Assembly: GCA_051362555.1 (NCBI GenBank)
Contig: CM120643.1
Location: 12,932,644-12,996,643 of the forward strand
Origin: Lingula anatina
Lineage: Eukaryota; Animalia; Brachiopoda
DNA length: 64,000 nucleotides
Direction of reading: 5' to 3'
The notes beneath the pieces were generated by a model that was not told the DNA's origin, did no database searches, and saw only the letters and a list, made by a program, of their open reading frames with translations. The position numbers were made by a program, and so were the translations under genes. Below are positions 1-10,007 of the stretch, piece by piece (within the stretch, counting starts at the first letter, position 1; each line of letters starts with the position of its first letter).

Positions 1-69
1 CCACATTTTTTATGAATGACAGGTGTGGTAAATTGATTTTCATGAATTTTTGGAAAAATTGGTGACTGA

Positions 70-432
70 TCATTTTTGGGTGATTTTGAGTGATTTTCGT
101 AAGGTCCGGATATGGCAGTTTTCTTCAATTTTGGCCAGATAGGGATGAAAAATTTTTTTCTTCAATATTGTGTCAGGTAGGTGTGTTTGGTCATTTGTAG
201 TGAGGGTAAAGTACTGGAAGAGTGGTTGTGTCATTATTAAGGAAGAAATAGAGCAAAAACTCTCTCCTACCCCCCCTCTCTCTAAATCCTGTTCTCAGGT
301 GTGCTTTCTGGCAATCTTTAAAGCTGAAATTGGGGGCTTTAATGAAGTGATTCGGGCGCGTTTCCACATTTTTTATTAATGACAGGTGTGGTAAATTGAT
401 TTTCATGAATTTTTGGAAAAATTGGTGACGGG
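70..432. repeat. Representative full-length monomer (363 bp)
   Basis: TCATTTTTGGGTG at 70 and again at 433. Contains T-tracts, CAGGT motifs, a CT/poly-C tract and a GATYCGGGCGCG CpG cluster. Confidence 0.97.
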
Positions 433-662
433 TCATTTTTGGGTGATTTTGAGTGATTTTCGTAATGTCCGGATATGGCAGTTTTCTTCAATTTTGGCCA
501 GATAGGGATGAAAAATTTTTTTCTTCAATATTGTGTCAGGTAGGTGTGTTTGGTCATTTGTAGTGAGGGTAATAAAGTGATCTGGGCGCGTTTCCACATT
601 TTTTATGAATGACAGGTGTGGTAAATTGATTTTCATGACTTTTTGGAAAAATTGGTGACGGG
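433..662. repeat. Truncated 230-bp monomer (~133-bp internal deletion), copy 1
   Basis: Junction GAGGGTAATAAAGTGATC at ~565-582 joins GAGGGTAA directly to the ...AAGTGATC segment, removing the poly-C region. Next monomer starts at 663. Confidence 0.95.
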
Positions 663-1023
663 TCATTTTTGGGTGATTTTGAGTGATTTTCGTAAGGTCC
701 GGATATGGCAGTTTTCTTCAATTTTGGCCAGGTAGGGATGAAAATTTTTTTTCTTCAATATTGTGTTAGGTAGATGTGTTTGGTCATTTGTAGTGAGGGT
801 ATAGTACTGGAAGAGTGGTTTTGTCATTATTAAGGAAGAAATAGAGCAAAAACTCTCTCCACCCCCCCTCTCTCCAAATCCTGTTCTTAGGTGTGCTTTC
901 TGGCAATCTTTAAAGCTGAAATTGGGGGCTTTAATGAAGTGATCCGGGCGCGTTTCCACTTTTTTTATGAATGACAGGTGTGGTAAATTGATTTTCATGA
1001 CTTTTGGAAAAATTGGTGACGGG

Positions 1024-4000
1024 TCATTTTTGGGTGATTTTGAGTGATTTTCGTAATTCATATGGCAGTTTTCTTCAATTTTGGCCAGGTAGGGATGAAA
1101 ATTTTTTTTCTTCAATATTGTGTTAGGTAGATGTGTTTGGTCATTTGTAGTGAGGGTATAGTACTGGAAGAGTGGTTTTGTCATTATTAAGGAAGAAATA
1201 GAGCAAAAACTCTCCACCCCCCCCTCTCTCCAAATCCTGTTCTCAGGTGTGCTTTCTGGCAATCTTTAAAGCTGAAATTGGGGGCTTTAATGAAGTGATC
1301 CGGGCGCGTTTCCACTTTTTTTATGAATGACAGGTGTGGTAAATTGATTTTCATGACTTTTGGAAAAATTGGTGACGGGTCATTTTTGGGTGATTTTGAG
1401 TGATTTTCGTAAGGTCCGAATATGGCAGTTTTCTTCAATTTTGGCCAGGTAGGGATGAAAAATTTTTTTCTTCAATATTGTGTCAGGTAGGTGTGTTTGG
1501 TCATTTGTAGTGAGGGTAAAGTACTGGAAGAGTGGTTGTGTCATTATTAAGGAAGAAATAGAGCAAAAACTCTCTCCTCCCCCCCCTCTCTCTAAATCCT
1601 GTTCTCAGGTGTGCTTTCTGGCAATCTTTAAAGCTGAAATTGGGGGCTTTAATGAAGTGATCCGGGCGCGTTTCCACATTTTTTATTAATGACAGGTGTG
1701 GTAAATTGATTTTCATGAATTTTTGGAAAAATTGGTGACAGGTCATTTTTGGGTGATTTTGAGTGATTTTCGTAAGGTCCGGATATAGCAGTTTTCTTCA
1801 ATTTTGGCCAGGTAGGGATGAAAAATTTTTTCTTCAATATTGTGTCAGGTAGGTGTGTTTGGTCATTTGTAGTGAGGGTAAAGTACTGGAAGAGTGGTTG
1901 TGTCATTATTAAGGAAGAAATAGAGCAAAAACTCTCTCCACCCCCACCCCCCTCTCTCTCCAAATCCTGTTCTCAGGTGTGCTTTCTGGCAATATTTAAA
2001 GCTGAAATTGGGGGCTTTAATGAAGTGATCTGGGCGCGTTTCCACATTTTTTATGAATGACAGGTGTGGTAAATTGATTTTCATGACTTTTTGGAAAAAT
2101 TGGTGACGGGTCATTTTTGGGTGATTTTGAGTGATTTTCGTAAGGTGATATGGCAGTTTTCTGCAATTTTGGCCAGGTAGGGATGAAAAATTTTTTTCTT
2201 CAATATTGTGTCAGGTAGGTGTGTTTGGTCATTTGTAGTGATGGTAAAGTACTGGAAGAGTGGTTTTGTCATTATTAAGGAAGAAATAGAGGAAAATCTC
2301 TCTTAACCCCCCCCCCCCCCACCAATCTCCAAATCCTGTTCTCAGGTGTGCTTGCTGGCAATCTTTAAAGGTAAAATTGGGGGCTTTAATGAAGTGATCC
2401 GGGTGCGTTTCCACATTTTTTATGAATGACAGGTGTGGTAAATTGATTTTCATGAATTTTTGGAAAAATTGGTGACTGATCATTTTTGGGTGATTTTGAG
2501 TGATTTTCGTAAGGTCCGGATATGGCAGTTTTCTTCAATTTTGGCCAGATAGGGATGAAAAATTTTTTTCTTCAATATTGTGTCAGGTAGGTGTGTTTGG
2601 TCATTTGTAGTGAGGGTAAAGTACTGGAAGAGTGGTTGTGTCATTATTAAGGAAGAAATAGAGCAAAAACTCTCTCCTACCCCCCCTCTCTCTAAATCCT
2701 GTTCTCAGGTGTGCTTTCTGGCAATCTTTAAAGCTGAAATTGGGGGCTTTAATGAAGTGATTCGGGCGCGTTTCCACATTTTTTATTAATGACAGGTGTG
2801 GTAAATTGATTTTCATGAATTTTTGGAAAAATTGGTGACGGGTCATTTTTGGGTGATTTTGAGTGATTTTCGTAATGTCCGGATATGGCAGTTTTCTTCA
2901 ATTTTGGCCAGATAGGGATGAAAAATTTTTTTCTTCAATATTGTGTCAGGTAGGTGTGTTTGGTCATTTGTAGTGAGGGTAATAAAGTGATCTGGGCGCG
3001 TTTCCACATTTTTTATGAATGACAGGTGTGGTAAATTGATTTTCATGACTTTTTGGAAAAATTGGTGACGGGTCATTTTTGGGTGATTTTGAGTGATTTT
3101 CGTAAGGTCCGGATATGGCAGTTTTCTTCAATTTTGGCCAGGTAGGGATGAAAATTTTTTTTCTTCAATATTGTGTTAGGTAGATGTGTTTGGTCATTTG
3201 TAGTGAGGGTATAGTACTGGAAGAGTGGTTTTGTCATTATTAAGGAAGAAATAGAGCAAAAACTCTCTCCACCCCCCCTCTCTCCAAATCCTGTTCTTAG
3301 GTGTGCTTTCTGGCAATCTTTAAAGCTGAAATTGGGGGCTTTAATGAAGTGATCCGGGCGCGTTTCCACTTTTTTTATGAATGACAGGTGTGGTAAATTG
3401 ATTTTCATGACTTTTGGAAAAATTGGTGACGGGTCATTTTTGGGTGATTTTGAGTGATTTTCGTAAGGTCCGAATATGGCAGTTTTCTTCAATTTTGGCC
3501 AGGTAGGGATGAAAAATTTTTTTCTTCAATATTGTGTCAGGTAGGTGTGTTTGGTCATTTGTAGTGAGGGTAAAGTACTGGAAGAGTGGTTGTGTCATTA
3601 TTAAGGAAGAAATAGAGCAAAAACTCTCTCCTCCCCCCCCTCTCTCTAAATCCTGTTCTCAGGTGTGCTTTCTGGCAATCTTTAAAGCTGAAATTGGGGG
3701 CTTTAATGAAGTGATCCGGGCGCGTTTCCACATTTTTTATTAATGACAGGTGTGGTAAATTGATTTTCATGAATTTTTGGAAAAATTGGTGACGGGTCAT
3801 TTTTGGGTGATTTTGAGTGATTTTCGTAAGGTCCGGATATAGCAGTTTTCTTCAATTTTGGCCAGGTAGGGATGAAAACTTTTTTTCTTCAATATTGTGT
3901 CAGGTAGGTGTGTTTGGTCATTTGTAGTGAGGGTAAAGTACTGGAAGAGTGGTTGTGTCATTATTAAGGAAGAAATAGAGCAAAAACTCTCTCCACCCCC

Positions 4001-6665
4001 ACCCCCCTCTCTCTCCAAATCCTGTTCTCAGGTGTGCTTTCTGGCAATATTTAAAGCTGAAATTGGGGGCTTTAATGAAGTGATCTGGGCGCGTTTCCAC
4101 ATTTTTTATGAATGACAGGTGTGGTAAATTGATTTTCATGACTTTTTGGAAAAATTGGTGACGGGTCATTTTTGGGTGATTTTGAGTGATTTTCGTAAGG
4201 TCCAGATATGGCAGTTTTCTTCAATTTTGACCAGGTAGGGATGAAAAATTTTTTTCTTCAATATTGTGTCAGGTAGGTGTGTTTGGTCATTTGTAGTGAG
4301 GGTAAAGTACTGGAAGAGTGGTTTTGTCATTATTAAGGAAGAAATAGAGCAAAATCTCTCTTAACCCCCCCCCCCCCCCCCCCCCAATCTCCAAATCCTG
4401 TTCTCAGGTGTGCTTGCTGGCAATCTTTAAAGGTGAAATTGGGGGCTTTAATGAAGTGATCCAGGCGCGTTTCCACATTTTTTATGAATGACAGGTGTGG
4501 TAAATTGATTTTCATGACTTTTTGGAAAAATTGGTGACGGGTCATTTTTGGGTGATTTTGAGTGATTTTCGTAAGGTCTGGATATGGCAGTTTTCTTCAA
4601 TTTTGGCCAGTTAGGGATGAAAATTTTTTTTCTTCAATATTGTGTCAGGTAGGTGTGTTTGGTCATTTGTAGTGAGGGTAAAGTACTGGAAGAGTGGTTG
4701 TGTCATTATTAAGGAAGAAATAGAGCAAAAACTCTCTCCACCCCCCCACTCTCCAAATCCTATTCTCAGGTGTGCTTTCTGGCAATCTTTAAAGCTGAAA
4801 TTGGGGGCTTTAATGAAGAGATCCGGGCGCGTTTCCACATTTTTTATGAATGACAGGTGTGCTAAATTGATTTTCCTGACTATTTGGAAAAATTGGTGAC
4901 GGGTCATTTTTGGGTGATTTTGAATGATTTTCGTAAGGTCCGGATATGGCAGTTTTCTTCAATTTTGGCCAGGTAGGGATGAAAATTTTTTTTCTTCAAT
5001 ATTGTGTCAGGTAGGTGTGTTTGGTCATTTGTAGTGAGGGTAAAGTACTGGAAGAGTGGTTTTGTCATTTTTAAGGAAGAAATATTGCAAAAACTCTCTC
5101 CACACCCCCCCCTCTCTCCAAATCCTGTTCTCAGGTGTGCTTTCTGGCAATCTTTAAGGCTGAAATTGGGGGCTTTAATGAAGTGATCCGGGCGTGTTTC
5201 CACATTTTTTTATGAATGACAGGTGTGGTAAATTGATTTTCATGACTTTTTGGAGAAATTGGTGATGGGTCATTTTTGGGTGATTTTGAGTGATTTTCGT
5301 AACGTCCGGATATGGCAGTTTTCTTCAATTTTGGCCAGGTAGGGATGAAAATTTTTTTTCTTCAATATTGTGTCAGGTAGGTGTGTTTGGTCATTTGTAG
5401 TGAGGGTAAAGTACTGGAAGAGTGGTTTTGTCATTATTAAGGAAGAAATAGAGCAAAAACTCTCTCCTCCCCCCCCTATCTCTAAATCCTGTTCTCAGGT
5501 GTGCTTTCTGGCAATCTTTAAAGCTGAAATTGTTGGCTTTAATGAAGTGATCCGGGCGCGTTTCCACATTTTTTATTAATGACAGGTGTGGTAAATTGAT
5601 TTTCATGAATTTTTGGAAAAATTGGTGACGGGTCATTTTTGGGTGATTTTGAGTGATTTTCGTAAGGTCCGGATATAGCAGTTTTCTTCAATTTTGGCCA
5701 GGTAGGGATGAAAAATTTTTTTCTTCAATATTGTGTCAGGTAGGTGTGTTTGGTCATTTGTAGTGAGGGTAAAGTACTGGAAGAGTGGTTTTGTCATTAT
5801 TAAGGAAGAAATAGAGCAAAATCTCTCTCCACCCCCCCTCTCTCCAAATCCTGTTCTTAGGTGTGCTTTTTGGCAATCTTTAAAGCTGAAATTGGGGGCT
5901 TTAATGAAGTGATCCGGGCGCGTTTCCACTTTTTTTATGAATGACAGGTGTGGTAAATTGATTTTCATGACTTTTTGGAAAAATTGGTGACGGGTCATTT
6001 TTGGGTGATTTTGAGTGATTTTCGTAAGGTCCGAATATGGCAGTTTTCTTCAATTTTGGCCAGGTAGGGATGAAAAATTTTTTTCTTCAATATTGTGTCA
6101 GGTAGGTGTGTTTGGTCATTTGTAGTGAGGGTAAAGTACTGGAAGAGTGGTTGTGTCATTATTAAGGAAGAAATAGAGCAAAAACTCTCTCCACCCCCCC
6201 ACTCTCCAAATCCTATTCTCAGGTGTGCTTTCTGGCAATCTTTAAAGCTGAAATTGGGGGCTTTAATGAAGTGATCCGGGCGCGTTTCCACATTTTTTAT
6301 GAATGACAGGTGTGCTAAATTGATTTTCCTGACTATTTGGAAAAATTGGTGACGGGTCATTTTTGGGTGATTTTGAATGATTTTCGTAAGGTCCGGATAT
6401 AGCAGTTTTCTTCAATTTTGGCCAGGTAGGGGTGAAAATTTTTTTTCTTCAATATTGTGTCAGGTAGGTGTATTTGGTCATTTGTAGTGAGGGTAAAGTA
6501 CTGGAAGAGTGGTTTTGTCATTATTAAGAAAGAAGTAGAGCAAAAACTCTCTCCCCCCCCCTCTCTCCAAATCCTGTTCTCAGGTGTGCTTTCTGGCAAT
6601 CTTTAAAGCTGAAATTGGGGGCTTTAATGAAATGATCCGGGGACGTTTTTCACATTTTTATGAAT
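1024..6665. repeat. ~5.6-kb block duplicated at ~18419-24052
   Basis: Same order of rare variants (CGTAATTCAT, TAAGGTGATA, ACTGATC, 230-bp monomer, AAATTGTTGG, GGGGACG). ORF offsets 17395 to 17387 (1187/18582, 4611/21998, 6357/23744). Confidence 0.92.
2843..3072. repeat. Truncated 230-bp monomer, copy 2
   Basis: Same junction at ~2975-2992. Identical 77-aa ORF in the track (2843..3076). Confidence 0.95.
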
Positions 6666-7440
6666 GACAGGTGTGGTAAATTGATTTTCATGACTTTTTG
6701 GAAAAATTGGTGACGGGTCATTTTTGGGTGATTTTGAATGATTTTCGTAAGGTCCGGATATGGCAGTTTTCTTCAATTTTGGCCAGGTAGGGATGAAAAA
6801 TTTTTTTCTTCAATATTGTGTCAGGTAGGTGTGTTTGGTCATTTGTAGTGAGGGTAAAGTACTGGAAGAGTGGTTGTGTCATTATTAAGGAAGAAATAGA
6901 GCAAAAACTCTCTCCACCCCCCCACTCTCCAAATCCTATTCTCAGGTGTGCTTTCTGGCAATCTTTAAAGCTGAAATTGGGGGCTTTAATGAAGTGATCC
7001 GGGCGCGTTTCCACATTTTTTATGAATGACAGGTGTGCTAAATTGATTTTCCTGACTATTTGGAAAAATTGGTGACGGGTCATTTTTGGGTGATTTTGAA
7101 TGATTTTCGTAAGGTCCGGATATAGCAGTTTTCTTCAATTTTGGCCAGGTAGGGGTGAAAATTTTTTTTCTTCAATATTGTGTCAGGTAGGTGTATTTGG
7201 TCATTTGTAGTGAGGGTAAAGTACTGGAAGAGTGGTTTTGTCATTATTAAGAAAGAAGTAGAGCAAAAACTCTCTCCCCCCCCCTCTCTCCAAATCCTGT
7301 TCTCAGGTGTGCTTTCTGGCAATCTTTAAAGCTGAAATTTGGGGCTTTAATGAAATGATCCGGGGACGTTTTTCACATTTTTATGAATGACAGGTGTGGT
7401 AAATTGATTTTCATGACTTTTTGGAAAAATTGGTGACGGG
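5995..7440. repeat. Tandem dimer duplication (2 x 723 bp)
   Basis: ORFs 5995/6718 and 6357/7080 are offset by 723. Shared CCTATTC, GTGCTAAA, AAGTAGAG and GGGGACG variants. Confidence 0.9.
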
Positions 7441-10007
7441 TCATTTTTGGGTGATTTTGAATGATTTTCGTAAGGTCCGGATATGGCAGTTTTCTTCAAT
7501 TTTGGCCAGGTAGGGATGAAAAATTTTTTTCTTCAATATTGTGTCAGGTAGGTGTGTTTGGTCATTTGTAGTGAGGGTAAAGTACTGGAAGAGTGGTTGT
7601 GTCATTATTAAGGAAGAAATAGAGCAAAAACTCTCTCCACCCCCCCCCCCCCCTTCTCTCTCCAAATCCTGTTCTCAGGTGTGCTTTCTGGCAATATTTA
7701 AAGCTGAAATTGGGGGCTTTAATGAAGTGATCCCGGCGCGTTTCCACATTTTTTATGAATGACAGGTGTGGTAAATTGATTTTCATGAATTTTTGGAAAA
7801 ATTGGTGACGGGTCATTTTTGGGTGATTTTGAGTGATTTTCGTAAGGTCCAGATATGGCAGTTTTCTTCAATTTTGGCCAGGGAGGGATGAAAATTTTTT
7901 TTCTTCAATATTGTGTCAGGTAGGTGTGTTTGGTCATTTGTAGTGAGGGTAAAGTACTGGAAGAGTGGTTTTGTCATTATTAAGGAAGAAATAGAGCAAA
8001 AACTCTCTTAACCCCCCCCCCCCCCCCATCTCCAAATCCTGTTCTCAGGTGTGCTTGCTGGCAATCTTTAAAGCTAAAATTGGGGGCTTTAATGAAGTGA
8101 TCCGGGCGCGTTCAACATTTTTTATGAATGACAGGTGTGGTAAATTGATTTTCATGAATTTTTGGAAAAATTGGTGACGGGTCATTTTTGGGTGATTTTG
8201 AGTGATTTTCGTAAGGTCCAGATATGGCAGTTTTCTTCAATTTTGGCCAGGTAGGGATGAAAATTTTTTTTCTTCAATATTGTGTCAGGTAGGTGTGTTT
8301 GGTCATTTGTAGTGAGGGTAAAGTACTGGAAGAGTGGTTTTGTCATTATTAAGGAAGAAATAGAGCAAAAACTCTCTTAACCCTCCCCCCCATCTCCAAA
8401 TCCTGTTCTCAGGTGTGCTTGCTGGCAATCTTTAAAGCTAAAATTGGGGGCTTTAATGAAGTGATCCGGGCGCGTTTCCACATTTTTTATGAATGACAGG
8501 TGTGGTAAATTGATTTTCATGAATTTTTGGAAAAATTGGTGACGGGTCATTTTTGGGTGATTTTGAGTGATTTTCGTAAGGTCCGGATATGGCAGTTTTC
8601 TTCAATTTTGGCCAGGTAGGGATGAAAAATTTTTTTCTTCTATATTGTGTCAGGTAGGTGTGTTTGTTCATTTGTAGTGAGGGTAAAGTACTGGAAGAGT
8701 GGTTGTGTCATTATTAAGGAAGAAATAGAGCAAAAACTCTCTCCACCCCACCCCTTCTCTCCAAATCCTGTTCTCAGGTGTGCTTTCTGGCAATCTTTAA
8801 AGCTGAAATTGGGGGCTTTAATGAAGTGATCTGGGCGCATTTCCACATTTTTTATGAATGACAGGTGTGATAAATTGATTTTCATGACTTTTTGGAAAAA
8901 TTGGTGACGGGTCATTTTTGGGTGATTTTGAGTGATTTTCGTAAGGTCCGGATATGGCAGTTTTCTTCAATTTTGGCCAGGTAGGGATGAAAATTTTTTT
9001 TCTTCAATATTGTGTCAGGTAGATGTGTTTGGTCATTTGTAGTGAGGGTAAAGTACTGGAAGAGTGGTTTTGTCATTATTAAGGAAGAAATAGAGCAAAA
9101 ACTCTCTCCACCCCACCCCTTCTCTCCAAATCCTGTTCTCAGGTGTGCTTTCTGGCAATCTTTAAAGCTGAAATTGGGGGCTTTAATGAAGTGATCTGGG
9201 CGCATTTCCACATTTTTTATGAATGACAGGTGTGATAAATTGATTTTCATGACTTTTTGGAAAAATTGGTGACGGGTCATTTTTGGGTGATTTTGAGTGA
9301 TTTTCGTAAGGTCCGGATATGGCAGTTTTCTTCAATTTTGGCCAGGTAGGGATGAAAATTTTTTTTCTTCAATATTGTGTCAGGTAGATGTGTTTGGTCA
9401 TTTGTAGTGAGGGTAAAGTACTGGAAGAGTGGTTGTGTCATTATTAAGGAAGAAATAGTGCAAATACTCTCTCAACCCCCCCCCTCTCTCCAAATCCTGT
9501 TCTCAGGTGCGCTTTCTGGCAATGTTTAAATCTGAATTTGGGGGCTTTAATGAAGTGATCCGGGCGCGTTTCCACGTTTTTTATGAATGACAGGTGTGGT
9601 AAATTGATTTTCATGACTTTTTGGAAAAATTGGTGACGGGTCATTTTTGGGTGATTTTGAGTGATTTTCGTAAGGTCCGGATATGGCAGTTTTCTTCAAT
9701 TTTGGCCAGGTAGGGATGAAAAATTTTTTTCTTCAATATTGTGTCAGGTAGGTGTGTTTGGTCATTTGTAGTGAGGGTAAAGTACTGGAAGAGTGGTTGT
9801 GTCATTATTAAGGAAGAAATAGAGCAAAAACTCTCTCCACCCCCCCCCTTCTCTCTCCAAATCCTGTTCTCAGGTGTGCTTTCTGGCAATATTTAAAGCT
9901 GAAATTGGGGGCTTTAATGAAGTGATCCGGGCGCGTTTCCACATTTTTTATGAATGACAGGTGTGGTAAATTGATTTTCATGAATTTTTGGAAAAATTGG
10001 TGACGGG

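Larger units (their letters stand above)
1..4190. repeat. Local higher-order duplication (2410-bp 7-mer, followed by a copy lacking one monomer)
   Basis: Bases 1-~1020 recur at offset 2410 (ORFs 170/2580, 433/2843). After the CGTAATTCATATGG monomer (1024-1379) is skipped, the offset becomes 2054 (ORFs 1480/3534). Confidence 0.88.

Noticed and set aside
70-100. Telomere-like TTTTGGG motif
   Set aside because: Single degenerate occurrence per monomer, not a tandem telomeric repeat.
1-432. Drosophila 359-bp (1.688) or Tribolium ~360-bp satellite
   Set aside because: Only the length and a CCACATTTT word resemble the 1.688 consensus as I recall it. This monomer is more GC-rich and shows CpG-type decay. 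Not database-checked.
70-432. Tandem small-RNA genes (5S, tRNA, snRNA, spliced leader), suggested by Sm-like AATTTT(T)GG and CAG/GT motifs
   Set aside because: No 5S, tRNA, U-snRNA or known SL sequence recognised on either strand. The motifs are expected in T-tract-rich DNA. An Infernal/Rfam scan would settle it.
1429-1611. Splice-acceptor-like polypyrimidine-CAG sites as a repeated exon array
   Set aside because: CAG is immediately followed by GT, no consistent exon frame results, and there is no exon/intron contrast in conservation.
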